Positions 13,534 to 26,140 of a stretch of DNA of 64,000 nt are shown here, in pieces; the first letter of the stretch is position 1; the number at the start of each line of letters is the position of its first letter. The stretch covers positions 41,912,001 to 41,976,000 of the forward strand of contig OZ024746.1 in NCBI GenBank assembly GCA_964016885.1, written 5' to 3'. A model generated the notes under the pieces. The model saw nothing but the letters and a program-made list of their open reading frames with translations, made no database searches and was not told the origin of the DNA. Source of the stretch: Eledone cirrhosa. Its lineage: Eukaryota. Position numbers and translations under genes: made by a program.

Positions 13534-15279
13534 AAAGAATTAAAACTTTACAGGATATCTTCCAGTCTGGCTTTCTATTGTCGTTTTATAAATACACCAT
13601 CCATTTCAATGCCATCACCTTCCTCTCCAGCAGTGCAATATCTGTATATCAGCCCCAACCCCTACCAAAATGCCTCCTGAGATAGTTCACCCTGTAAAAG
13701 TGGTAGTGCTGGCATCTTGATAAAATGCTCCTAGTACATGGTGTAAAGTGGTTGGCATAAGGAAGGGCATCCAATCATAGAAACCATGCCAAAACAAAAT
13801 ATACATGCAGGGCCTCGTCACCTGACTAGGCAGGCCTTATCACATAACAGCCATCTAATCTATGAAAGCATGGAAAATAGATGTAAAATGATGACAATGA
13901 TGATATATATATAACTCATGCTAGTGGGGAATATGGATGTAAAATGGTGATGATGATGGTGTATACATACATACTTACATACATACATACATATGCACAT
14001 ACACATATACATAGGCAAACATTCAAAGAGACAGAGAGAGATGAGAGGGCTTAAGAGGTCTGATTATGAATGTGAAAAGTGAATGGACATTGAGAACTGA
14101 AAAATGAATAGTTATGTGTTAGTGAATAGGGATTAGAATAGAATCAAGTGTCAGAGGTTAGATCTAGAAGATATGTAAACAAGTTAGTTTATTCATAGAG
14201 GTTGCGATAAATGAAGAAAATTAACAAGGAAAGAAACAAAGGGTAAAAATGCCCTTTCAGATTCATAGAAGCATTACAAAAATAAAGGAATCTAATATTC
14301 TGAATGGTGATGTTTATAGGTTTCTATTACGTTTTATCTGCTTGTTCACACACAAAATATATTGTCCATCCACAGACAAAATCTAAACATAAACTATTTG
14401 TTTTCTGTCTGCAAGATGACTGACTGTGAATGACATCATTTTTAGACAGAAGTGTATATACTACACTATACTTTAAACAGGTCAAATACTACTAACATAT
14501 CCTAAGACCTTTTTGTGTGAAACTGTGTGTAAATAAGTTTAGAATACGTTACAATGTTTACTAATCAGTTTACATTCAGTTGATCTATTTGTAATTCATA
14601 GAAATATATAAAATTTTCTTCTGAAGATTCACATATATAGTCGTATATATACTTTAAATGAAGCATAATTCTTTAATACAAAACAAATCATGAAATAATA
14701 TCATTTTCTGGTGAATAGTGTGAATCAGTATGGATATTTTTCAAACTCTTTTTTTTTTCCAAATAAAGCAAAACAAAGGATCTTTGAAATGAGAAAGGTT
14801 TAAAGAAGTTAGTATATTTTATACACTCCAAAATAAAGTGGAAAAAGGAATTAGAATGATTTCATGTAAATATTATTGCGAAATAAATAGTTTTATGTAA
14901 AATATTTCCTATTTTGATACATTCAAAAATTCCTAAAATATAATCCTAGCATATGTTATTATTGGTAAGGAAGTTAAAACCTAAAAATACAGAATTGCAT
15001 TAATTTCAATAAAGAATTTTCTCTTATTTTTCATGCATACATACGTTGGATAGGACTTGGAAATTTAAAAAGGAAAGTTCAAAATATATGTTTGATACAT
15101 TTCTTAATGCCAATTGCTCAAAATGAAGATAAAATGAATTGTTAATTTTTATTTACATAGTCAGAGCCTGATTTGGTTTTTAAATAAGAGTAATTGTTCT
15201 CCTAGACAGAGCCAATCAAAGCTAACAAGCTCTTTCTACTTGTTTGTTTTATGTTGTTTTTTTACACACTATTGGATGG

Positions 15280-15490
15280 TCATTGACTCTCCCTTTGATG
15301 GGTTTTGTTTCTCATCCTGTAGGGTATCCAACACTCACCCTCTTCACCAAGAAAGCTTGGAGCTGCTGGTTAGTCACTGATAACCTAACCATTGTGACAG
15401 GATGAACTGAATTACATGTTACCAGTAACACTTGAGAGAAACCTGACTACATATCTGCTATAGAAACTATGTAATACAATAGCTGTAGCC
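15280..15490 (-). mobile_element. Diverged LINE 5' UTR-like segment related to 50985-51172
   Basis: Shares tcaccctc.tcaccaag, acatgttaccagta and cctgac with 51057-51172. Confidence 0.6.
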
Positions 15491-16801
15491 TGATGACATT
15501 CATTGTCCCCATCCCAGTAGCTGAAGCTGGCTGGTTGGGGTTGGGTTGAGAGGGCTGGGGTATGGTTTTATTAGAGGGTTGATTGTAGGATTATTATTTG
15601 CATTTGCATGAGTTTGGGGATAGCATGGGTTTGGCTTAGATTTGTTTGCAACCTAGTTGAAGCATACATGGTCTTAGACCCCAAGCAAAATGGTTATATA
15701 ACACCCATAAGCACAGCTAGTCTTGCTGGGGATCCAGCTAGATCAGTTGGAGACTTGCTTCTGACAGGACCCTCTGGAATGAGTGTATGAGGACTCTGCC
15801 CCCACAACACTCTCAGGAATAACTGGGTGAAAAAGAAGATATATATATGGAAATATAGTCATTCATATATAATGCTGGTGCCACAATAAATTGTACCTAC
15901 TACACTTCGTAAAATAGTTGGTGATATGAAGGGAATCCGTCAGTAAAAACCATGTCAAAAAGATTTGAGAGGATTCTTCAGTTGTGTCAAGGTCATGACA
16001 ACCTTTCTAGTGTTGCTGCCATGAGGAAATACACTCAACAGCCTCAGTAAATTTGTTGGTGTTAGGGAGGGCATTTAGCATACAAAACCTTCCAAACAAA
16101 GCATCAAGAGGACACTCTCCAGTTGAGTCAAAGACATGACAACCTCACTGTTATAAGTGCTATGGTAAAATGCACCCAGCAGACTCTGTATTGAGAGGGA
16201 GTGTAGTTATACAAAATGAGGCCTCCAGCCTGGCTAATAGGTCAGGGACTTCAATTAAGTACTGATTTGGTCTGTGATGACTAGTCCAAACACTGCTAGC
16301 AGAGAAAACATATCATATGATGATGATAGGTTGGTTTTACTAATCATAGCTTTTTGGCATAAGTATATATAGATGGATGGATACTTATGTATAAATAGGT
16401 ATATATACACACATCTTTACATTGTGTTCTTATATAAAGATATAAATGGATATATATTCATATGCATAGATGCATAAAGCATTGCTGTCTGTATCAATAT
16501 TGTATTTGTGACAATACTATCTTGATCGTCTGTAGAAAAGAAAAAATTATATACGCAATAATTTATATATTTTAGTTTAAGAACGTATTTATTTATTTAT
16601 GATATTAAAAGAAAATTAAAGAAATCTCTTGTGGTAACTCTATCATGAGATGTCAGAACTAATTTACTTTTAGTCTTACTTGAAATCCCAGTTGATAAAC
16701 CACTCAAACTCACACATGCTCACACAAAAAGAAAACAAAAAGAAATATATATTCATTCACACAAGAACAAAATCACATCTCTCTCTCTCTCTCCCCCTCC
16801 C

Positions 16802-16817
<16 letters not shown>

Positions 16818-16848
<31 letters not shown>

Positions 16849-17239
16849 ACAACAATATAGCATGTAATATATATATACATGTATGTACATATATATATGT
16901 ATGTGTATATATATGTATGTACATATATATATGTATATATGTATTTGTATATACATATATATATATATGTATGTATATATATATGTATGTATGTACATGT
17001 ATATATGTATGTACATATATATATGTATGTATGTACATATATATATGTATGTATGTACATATATATATATATGTATGTATGTACATATATATATGTATGT
17101 ATGCATATATATATATATGTATGTATATACATATATATATATGTATGTACATATATATATATGTATGTATGTACATATATATATATGTATGTATGTACAT
17201 ATATATATATGTATGTATGTACATACACATATACATGTA

Positions 17240-17270
<31 letters not shown>
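16818..17270. repeat. (TA)n/(TATG)n compound microsatellite
   Basis: Seen directly. Confidence 0.95.
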
Positions 17271-17274
17271 GTAA

Positions 17275-17439
17275 CTTTTTGTTGTAATCTAAGAGAATAA
17301 TCTTTCCTGGTGCAGAAGAATTGTACTTAATGTATAAAACACTAATTTACAAAATGTCAGCTATATATTTCTTACATATGACGTGTGTATATATATATGT
17401 GTGTGTGTGTGTATATATGTGTGTGTATATATATATATA

Positions 17440-17470
<31 letters not shown>

Positions 17471-17746
17471 CCATGCATGCTGGTCTATTCACCTGTTCTT
17501 TTCACCCATCTCAAAAGAGTTTTATTTTATTCTGCCTCTCACCAGCCCGTCAACCTTCATTGTTTCCAACCTCATCTCTGTCCAAATTTTGCTCTTTTCT
17601 GATGAAGGAATTTTGTCCGATACATTGAGACATTTATTTATCTTTATTTACTTCTTTTTTTTTCTTTATCGGCATTCCCAAGCCTGAACCTAAGATTTTG
17701 TGTTTTGGCATCACTGTGTTTGTCTCATTTATTCTTAGAATCTCTT

Positions 17747-17781
<35 letters not shown>

Positions 17782-18495
17782 ATATAATGCATTCATGAGT
17801 TTTATATCAAATAATGAAAATATTTGATTCATTTGCAAGCAAACAGCCTCATTTCACCATGTTCTATAGATGGCCATCACCATCCTTTTTTTCTAGTGGT
17901 GACAGAGAGAAACAATGGACAATAATATTGTTTCTTGTCAAGATTGTGTATCTCTCTCCTGTAACTCACTAGAACTCTTTATTTTCAGTAAAGACAGCTG
18001 TATAATGGCTTGGTATGCAAATTAGGCTAACCAGCTGATGTATACTTTAGAGAATACTATATATTCTCAAGATTTCTACTGTGTGACAGAAGATATACAA
18101 TCTTAACAAAGGGCAATAACCCAGAAACAATATTATTGACAATTATTTCTCTCTGTCACCGCTAGAACAAAAGGATGGTGATGGCCATCTATAAAACATA
18201 GCGTGATGAGGCTGTTTGCTTGCAAACAAATCAAATATTATTAATCGATATAAAACTCACAAATGCATTTACATAACGGCTATGTTAGAGCAAAAACAAA
18301 GTTCTAATTTTGTTTTGTATATATATATATATTATTTATATGTATATATATTACATACTTTATTATTCATGTAAGTTGTATATATATATATCATACGTAA
18401 GATATATATATAGTTGACATTTTGTAAATTAGTGTTTTACACATTAAGTACAATTCTTCTGAAGCAAGAAAGATTATTCTCTTTGATTCCAATAG
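17275..18495. mobile_element. Long foldback (inverted-repeat) element, left arm interrupted by a microsatellite/hammerhead module
   Basis: ~17280-17381 is the inverse of ~18390-18492. ~17786-17958 is the inverse of ~18087-18269. Confidence 0.75.
17591..17631 (+). ncRNA. Decayed minimal hammerhead
   Basis: CTGATGA-a-gga(attttg)tcc-GATAC-ATT-gagac. The expected GAAAC GTT is mutated. It lies in a microsatellite-flanked module at 17471-17750. Confidence 0.45.
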
Positions 18496-18608
18496 AATGC
18501 TTCAACAAATGGATTGTCTATATTGTGAATTGGCACACATATTTACAGATTTTCTGTATTGCTTATAGCAACAATATCAAAGTTTGAATATTCTTATACA
18601 ATTCACAT

Positions 18609-18683
<75 letters not shown>

Positions 18684-19182
18684 CAAAAGAGTCATTTCGA
18701 CAGCTATTTCTGGACGTTTCAGAAATAGATGTTGAAACGGCTTGAGCTCTGCCGTCGGGGCTCCGACTCTTTTCCTATTTCCCACTCTACTACCCAAAGT
18801 ATCGAGTACTCTGGTGCGTTATGGTTCACCTGGTTCCTTACCACACTTACTTCGTGATATATATATAGGGATGTAAAAGGTAAACAAAAATAACAAAGCC
18901 ATCAAAATGGTTTAAGTTTAATCTTTGGTCTCCCCCATTCTATAATATCTATACCTACTTTCCTCAAATGTGGAATACAAAGTTAAATAATGCTCTTACT
19001 AGTCTTAACTTATAAGATCTTGTATATATATATATTGTAGAGGCAGAATCCTGACTGAACCATATGGTCAGGCTTCTACCTTTTTAGTATACTCACTATA
19101 TCTCATCATGCATCAATTAGTACCCTGATTTGTGGTATTTCTGATCTTTGCACCACAATCACTCCTTATATATACTATATAT

Positions 19183-20103
19183 CATCATCATCATCATCAT
19201 CATTTAACGTCTATCTTCCATGCTAGCATGGGTTTAGATGGGAATTGTCCCACGTGAGGCAAGATTGGTTGTCTTGCTCATATAGGACTGTCTGGCGGGT
19301 TTTCTATGGCTGGATGCCCTTCCTAACACCAACCACGTTTACAGTGTGGACTGGGAGGTTTTTACCGTGTTACCTACACAACCACATTACAGCATGGACT
19401 GTGTGTTTTTTTTTGTCGTGACACCTACACGACTTCATCCTTTAGGACTGGATGTTGTGGTACCAACAAAACTTTACAGAGAAAGGGGTGGTGTAGATGA
19501 GGGTGGGGTAGTGGAATGGGGGTGTATTTTTGGTTAGGAGGTGCCTACTGAGTGTAGGTTTCGCTTTGTACTTAGGCAAGGCGGGTTTTCTGTATTACTG
19601 CGTAGCGCCAAAGATCTCGGTCCAGTGATATTGTCTTGGAGAGGTGTAAGTGTGTAAGGTTGGAATTTATCAATTCGTCCCAGGTTTTTCTGGGTCTGCC
19701 TACTCCGTAGCTTCCATCTATTTTGATCGCCCTGCACTTTTTTATACAGCTGTCGTCTTTCATGCGCATCACGTGACCATACCAACGTAGTCTTCTCTCA
19801 AGTAAACAGCATCTGATCTCTCTTATTCCTAATTTCTCACTTAGCTTTGCCTTTCACGTATATTACTATTACACATCCAATGGAGCATGCAAACTTCGTT
19901 CCTCTCCAGTCTGCGTATATCCTCTGCACACAATGTCCAGGTCTCAATGCCATGTAACATCGCTGATCGTATGCAGGCATCATACAGTCTGCCTTTCATT
20001 TTTAGAGAGAAACCTTTAGTGGCCAATAGTGGTATAAGCTCTCTGAACGTTTTCCATCCCGTTCTGACTCTAGCTACTGTACTTTCAGAACACCCTCCAC
20101 CAC
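19183..20103 (-). mobile_element. 5'-truncated RTE LINE with (CAT)n tail, in TA tract
   Basis: KGRLYDACIRSAMLHGIETW and GRPRKTW. The 3' UTR is shared with other copies. Confidence 0.92.
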
Positions 20104-20659
20104 CATATATATATATATATATCAGCTTGCCAAAACAAATGATGGTTGGGAGGACCCTTCAGTTGTGTCAAGGATATGATAACCTCCCTAGCTTTGGTGA
20201 TCTACACAATAAATTCACCCAGTACATGCTGTGAAGTAGTTGGAGGTGTGAAGAGAAAATCCATCCTGGTAAAGCTTGCCAAAAAAAGGATTTCACAGCC
20301 CCTCCAGTTCTGTCAAAGACATAACATCCCTAGTCCTGCTAGAACATCAAGCCATATTTAAATGATGGAAACCCCCCAACCAGTCTATGAGGTCAATAGC
20401 TCCACTTTAGTACAGACTCAGTCTGTAAAAACTCGTTCATCCCTTGCTAGCAGGGAAAGTGGATGTTAAATGATGATAAATATATATATTTAGAAATGTA
20501 GAAAATCATGAATGCAGGAAAATTATCATGAAAACAGCTTCAGAAAATCGAGTACCTTTTCTGTCTTTAGGAGCATTTTACCCGCTTTTTAAAAGTTGGG
20601 TTCATGGCTGTTGTCCTGTGTTCAAGATATTCTACATTTTTAATCATTTTGACTCACTC

Positions 20660-20711
20660 GATGTTCCTGATGTTTTCATATGAATGAAACAGTTTGCATC
20701 CTGTAGAAGTC
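20660..20711 (+). ncRNA. Hammerhead variant (A9>U) in a foldback module at 20490-20712
   Basis: ttc-CTGATGT-t-ttca(ta)tgaa-t-GAAAC-ag(tttgcatc)ct-GTA-gaa. Module arms ~20494-20532 and ~20601-20639 are imperfect inverses. Confidence 0.6.
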
Positions 20712-20724
20712 ATATATATATATA

Positions 20725-20925
20725 ATCATCGTTTAACGTCTATCTTCCATGCTAGCATGGGTTTAGATGAGAATTGTCCCACTTGAGGCAAGATTGGTCG
20801 AGTGACCGTGTCTCGCTCATATAGGACTGCCTGGCAGGTTTTCTACGGCTGGATACCCTTTTTAACACCAACCACTTTACAGCGCGGACTGTGTGTTTTT
20901 TGTCGTGACACCTACATGACCTCAT
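20725..20925 (-). mobile_element. RTE 3' UTR fragment
   Basis: Near-identical to 19200-19440. Confidence 0.85.
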
Positions 20926-21013
20926 TTATATATAATTTGTGGTAAGGTTGCTGGATGCCTCCATAGGCGGTATGCCAGTTGAGCACTCTATGCTCCTTCG
21001 GAGCAGAGTATAA

Positions 21014-21300
21014 TAATATGGAAAACGAAGAATCAGTGATGCATCGAAGCACAATTTATTAACGTATTGTCTTGAAATCTTGACCAATTGATGGGCCGCA
21101 CAAACAGGATGATGGCAGATGAAAGAAATTCAAAGGGTTGGAGGGCAACAGACAGAGGATTTGCTTTGAAGTCGCTAGATGTATCTGAGGAACTTGCGAA
21201 TCCAGAGTCAGGTTTGATCCACAAATAGATCGCACCTCCAGTGTTCGCCAGAGAAACAATTGTCTTTCAATGCATCACTGATTCTTCGTTTTCCATATTA
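21014..21300 (+). mobile_element. Penelope-type non-coding module with inverted arm and hammerhead
   Basis: 21014-21056 is the inverse of 21258-21300. It ends in TA and contains the hammerhead at 21178-21276. Confidence 0.7.
21178..21276 (+). ncRNA. Type I hammerhead with extended stem II
   Basis: gatgtat-CTGAGGA-a-cttgcgaa...ttcgccag-a-GAAAC-AATT-GTC-tttca-atgcatc. The proximal part of stem I is unpaired, probably through a deletion. Confidence 0.6.
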
Positions 21301-21306
21301 TATATA

Positions 21307-21946
21307 TCATCATCATCATCATCAGCGTTTAATGTCCGTGTTCCACGCTTGCATGGGTTTGGACGGGGCTTTTCCCACTTGAGGCAAGAGTGATTGTCTT
21401 GCTCGCATAGGACTGTCTGGCGGGTTTTCTACAGCTGGATGCCCTTCCTAACACCAACCACATTTACAGTGTGGGGCTGGGAGGTTTTTACCGTGTTGCC
21501 TACACGGCCACATTACAGCATGGAGTGTCTGGCGGGTTTTCTACAGCTGGATGCCCTTCCTAACACCAACCACATTTACAGTGTGGGGCTGGGAGGTTTA
21601 TACCGTGTTGCCTACATGGCCACATTACAGCGTGGACTGTGTGTTTTTTGTCGTGACACCTACACGATCTCCTTTGTTTCGGCCTGGATGTTGTGGCACC
21701 AACATAACTTTACATTGAAAGGGGCGGTGTGGATGGGGTGGGGGTGGTGGGGCGGGGGGGGTGTTTTGTTAGAGATGCCTACTGACTGTAGTAGGTTTTA
21801 CTTTGTATTTAGGTAAGGTGGGTCTTCTCTATTACTGAGTACCGCCAAAGGTCTCGGTCCAGTGACATTGTCTTCGAGAGGTGTAAGCGTGTGAGGTCGG
21901 AATTTATCATGCCGTCCGAGGTTTTTCTGGGTCTGCCTACTCCGTG
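21307..21946 (-). mobile_element. RTE 3' end with (CAT)n tail and an internal ~113-bp UTR duplication
   Basis: Homologous to 19183-19710. tgtctggcgggtttttctacagctggatgcc occurs twice. Confidence 0.88.
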
Positions 21947-21963
21947 TATATATATATATATAT

Positions 21964-22592
21964 GTATGTTTTGAAACAGTGAGCGAGTTTGAAATTAGAA
22001 ATATAAGCTTTCACCGTATTTTTGACTAAAGAAATGTTTAGCCTGATAGTGGGGGTTTAGAACCCTCAGAGAAATGGAAAAAGATGAGTATTGACGTACA
22101 TGAGAGTCGAACACACATCTTTGGTTATCCATACCACTGTGCTACCATGACCCCAACACGTCACCCATCTCCTTCCATTCAAATTAGAAGCAATTGGTGT
22201 AATGGTAGCACAGTGGTCTGGATAACCAAATATGTGGGTTTGACTCCCATGTACGTCAATACTCATCTTTTTCCATTTCTCTGAGGGTTCTAAACCCCAC
22301 TATCAGGCTAAAAATTTCTTTAGTCAAAAATATGGTGACAGCTTATATTTCTAATTTCAAACTCGCGCACTGTTTCAAAACATACTTACTTGTCATTTAC
22401 TTGCTAAGAATGTAGCTTCTAATTTGAATGGAAGGAGATGGGTGATGTGTTAGTGTAATGGTAGCAAAGAGGTGGGTTTGACTCCCATGTATATCAATAG
22501 TCATCTTTTTCCATTTCTCTGAGGGTTCTAAACCCCACTATCAGGCTAAAAATTTCTTTAGTCAAAAATACGGTGAAAGCTTATATTTCTAA
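21964..22592. mobile_element. TA-flanked inverted-plus-tandem element built from a ~256-bp unit containing a tRNA-like cloverleaf
   Basis: 21964-22191 is a minus-strand copy of the unit. 22194-22592 is about 1.6 plus-strand units in tandem. Confidence 0.85.
22092..22162 (-). tRNA. tRNA-like cloverleaf (pseudo-tRNA, anticodon GGA); partial copies at 22194-22258 (+) and 22444-22496 (+)
   Basis: Three-copy consensus GACGTGT TG GTGT AATGGTA GCAC A GTGGT CTGGATA ACCAA AGAT GTGGG TTCGACT CCCAT GTACGTC A is 71 nt with canonical arm spacing and A and B boxes. Confidence 0.7.
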
Positions 22593-22607
22593 TATATATA
22601 TATATAT

Positions 22608-22742
22608 AAAATTAATCAGGAACAAAGTCTCAAGGCTGCATATGTACAAACTTCATTCACATATGACAATTGTTTTGGTATCAAAATAATTCTCATATGT
22701 GAATAGTTTACACATGTTGTAAACTTGTTTCTGCTTAATTTT
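22608..22742. repeat. Foldback hairpin next to TA tract
   Basis: attcacatatga.aattgttttg(gtat)caaaataatt.tcatatgtgaat core, with outer aaaattaa.cag.aacaa / ttgtttctgcttaatttt. Confidence 0.7.
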
Positions 22743-24024
22743 ATTTATGCTTTGCATGTGATAGTTGCCCTTGGCCCTTAGCCACATGGAAGTATATAAT
22801 CTACATGTGATGTACCTTTGGAACTGTATTGAGTAATCTGACTGGTGAAGCACCTGTAGCTATTATTATGCCCTATATATATATATATATATGAGAGAGA
22901 GAGGGCGATGCATGTGTGTCTGTGTATAATAAAAAGTATTTATTTAAATAATTCCTTGATTACAACATTCTATATGAAGAATGACTATAGAATTACTGTT
23001 TCATGACTCAAATAACATATATATTTTGGGGATCAATGAAGCAAATAACTTTTACTTCTAAGAAGTGAATGTAACCCATGCTAGCGTGGAAAATGGACAT
23101 TAAACGAAGATGATGATGATGATGATGGCGATGATGAAATTGCAGTTACTGCTGCATATGGTATATGGGATCTTGAGAAGTTCATGAATATAACATTACA
23201 TGATCCTGCCATATTCTTATTTGATTGGGAATTGACTACATTACTCTCACAAATTCAGTGGCATGGGCTACAAAGGACATGAACACTGCCTTCTTTCTTG
23301 ACTAAATTATAAAATATAAGACAGTATCCATGAAGAGATCCTCATATATGTAACTAGATGCCCAATTCATTTAGTAATAATCACCAATGAGGACTTTATA
23401 GTCTTACATAAAACACAAAAATCATTGACACCACGATCATGTAGTTGCTCTCTTGCTGTCTCACACCTATACTGCTGTAGGTACATATCAAATCATAACA
23501 TGTGAATTGGAAAAGCTAATACTTTTCTTTGAAAACTTTTGCAAATCGATAAAGATTTATAATTATGTCTCCTTAACATTCAATGACTAAACAAAATTAG
23601 CAAAATATAGCTCTAGGAATGATTGATATCAGATCTTTGACATAAAGAGATTTGGCTTGTGTCTGTTGCCACAAATTCTTAAGATGGATTGTAGTGCCTC
23701 TGTAAACACTGTCTTTTCATACTAATTAAAGTTATTAGAATTTGAAGAATACCTCAGATATATATCACCCAGTTGTCTCCCATATATCTCCCATATGTCT
23801 TCCAGGTATTAAAAAAAAATAATCTCTTTACTATAGAAGAATACTTAAGACTCACAACAACCTCAACAAGTTCTAAAAATTGGTCAGATAGAGGTAGGAT
23901 CTGAAGAACTCAACAGTTGTGAAATATGATACAACTGAATCTGAGAGTACACCTTTTAGCAACGAGTCAGCACTGACAATATGTATATGTATGAAATATT
24001 TAGCCAACATATATTTAATATGTG

Positions 24025-24269
24025 CATGGTGCCACGGCAAAAAGGCACCCAGCCCACACTGTAAAGTGGACGTGTAGGCGCCATGGAAAAAAAGCACCCA
24101 GCACTCACTGTAAATGAGGTTGGTGTTAGGAAGGGCATCCAGCTGTAGAAATCAAGCCAGAATCAGTTCCCATATGAGCAAGTCAGCCGACCGGACACTG
24201 CCCACAACAGGACAACCCATCTAACCCATGCTAGTGTGGAAGAACGGACGTAAAATGGTGATGATGATG
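24025..24269 (+). mobile_element. RTE 3' UTR with (GAT)n tail
   Basis: Near-identical to 62040-62267. Confidence 0.85.
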
Positions 24270-24274
24270 TAGAT

Positions 24275-25228
24275 CAGTGGTCGCCAACCTTTCTAAAACC
24301 GAGGAACCCTCTAAATATTTTGAATTCTTCACGGAACCTATACAATACAAAACTTTTCAAAAAAAAAAAATAAAGTATTTATTTATTTTAGTGAACTTAC
24401 GTTGTGAGAACAGCAAACTGACCCAGTCTCTCGGCTGAGAAACCTCGTTGAACTGAAGTTTTCAGTCACCGACCAACATTTACTTGTTTGTCATTGGTCA
24501 ATTTCTAAGTTCAATTAGTGTATTATCAGTAGTAGTCAAATTCTCGGAATTCAGAAAACTATGTCTTTCCAAGAATAATAATAATGAAATTATTGTGTAA
24601 AGTGATCAGGTGCACTACAACTCGTCAAAGGTGTATGTATAGTACATAAAATAATACACAAATGTCAGGGAAGTGAATAGTGTATGAGTCATGGTATACA
24701 TGTGTGTATGTGTATGGAGGGGGAACATTAGGTGCAGTGTTGGCGGATCTCGGGAAGCATGGAGGCCTTAAAGGATGCAGTGTCTCGACAGCTAACAACC
24801 GATGCAGGCAGTTTGTTCCATGCTTCAGCAACTCTGAGCGTGAACAAATGTTTTCGAAAGTCATGGGAACTGTGCTGTTTTCTGACTTTGTCGGCATGCC
24901 CACGTGTGTTAGACACATGGAAATAAAAAAATTGATGTGAATTGATGTGAAATTGAAAGTATTCAATTTCCACGAATCTGAGAACAGTGTTTTTCTGCTA
25001 ATTCAAGTGAGAAACTGAAAGTAGTGTTTTCCACGAATTGGAGTGGAGAACCTGTGTACACTACAATAGTACTCGTTCATTTATACATTGCACCTTTGTC
25101 ATTTTCTTTGCACCTTTTTCAGAAAACCCAAAATATTAATGGTAATGTAAATATTTATTTTTTTAAGGAACCCGGAGTTTGTTTTACAGAACCCCAAGGT
25201 TCCACGGAACCCATTTTGGCGACCACTG
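24275..25228. mobile_element. Non-autonomous hAT element (MITE)
   Basis: TIRs CAGTGGTCGCCAA / TTGGCGACCACTG. Perfect 8-bp TSD ATGTAGAT at 24267-24274 and 25229-25236. Confidence 0.92.
24574..24915 (-). mobile_element. CR1-group LINE 3' end nested in the hAT MITE
   Basis: RKHLFTLRVAEAWNKLPASVVS...FK and a (TTA)n tail. A second copy is at 30607-30838. Confidence 0.85.
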
Positions 25229-25430
25229 ATGTAGATGATATAAAAGATTTACGTATCTATAATATAATAATATTTGCAATTAAAAAGAATAATAAAACTT
25301 AAATGAAATTTAAAAAAAAGCAATGAAGGAAAGCAAGAGAGGAAGGGTACAGACTCTACACCCCAGTCTGAGTGGTGAATTGGCTGTGCCTTGCAGATAA
25401 AATGACAAGATGCATTTCCACAGAGAATAC

Positions 25431-25448
25431 CCAGCGACATCTGGTGCC
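25431..25448 (-). promoter_or_regulatory. Candidate CTCF site
   Basis: GGCACCAGATGTCGCTGG is close to the CTCF core CCACCAGRTGGCGCT and lies in a GC-richer, non-repetitive patch. Confidence 0.4.
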
Positions 25449-26090
25449 ACAGCCACCCCACTTTGTGGGGATCTTTCCTCAGGTGGCTGCTGTCTTTTCG
25501 ATTTTACAGAGGAAATCAGCAGTGTGGAGTCCAAGGACACCAGAGGTCTCAATTGCAACTGGAATGAAAAGGAAGTGGTGGGTCAAATTTATTGAACATA
25601 TTTACAGAACTGTTAACTTATATTTTTTTCTATCACAGTATGAATGTGGAGAATAATAGTTTGGTGAGTGTGCTTGTTTCAACTTGTTACAAACATTCAA
25701 ATACACACTCACAAACACACATGGATACATATATACATATTGATGTACACAGATATATATAATAAGCAGGTGGGAACAAGGCATCAATTTAACTTCTTCT
25801 ACATGTTTTATGCTCACGTAACACATATTTTGCAATCAATCAGCTGAAGATATGATCAATCACCATCAGGCCTGACTCTGGCATTGATTGCTCCTCAGAT
25901 ACAATAGTTTTATAATGCTTATTATTATCACCCTGCATATTACTTCTACTAATAACCAATGACAATACAAAAGATGAATCCAACGTTGGTAGTTTGATCT
26001 TTGTAATAGCACTGAGTGGTCAAACCAGTGCACCAACAGTAATTTGACTTTTCACACCAACCATATATATCACAGGGTCATCGGACAAAT

Positions 26091-26140
26091 TCTTGTCTGA
26101 TGACCCTGTGATAAACAGGCAAAACTCCAGAGTTGCAAGA
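26091..26140 (+). ncRNA. Type I hammerhead (G12>A) with an inverted copy of its 5' half upstream
   Basis: tcttgt-CTGATGA-c-cctg(tgataaa)cagg-c-AAAAC-tc(ca)ga-GTT-gcaaga. 26068-26088 is the inverse of 26093-26113. Confidence 0.7.

Noticed and set aside
22092-22162. Functional tRNA-Ser(GGA) gene
   Set aside because: It lacks the long Ser variable arm, each copy has stem mismatches or deletions, and it sits in a repeated element. Kept only as tRNA-like.
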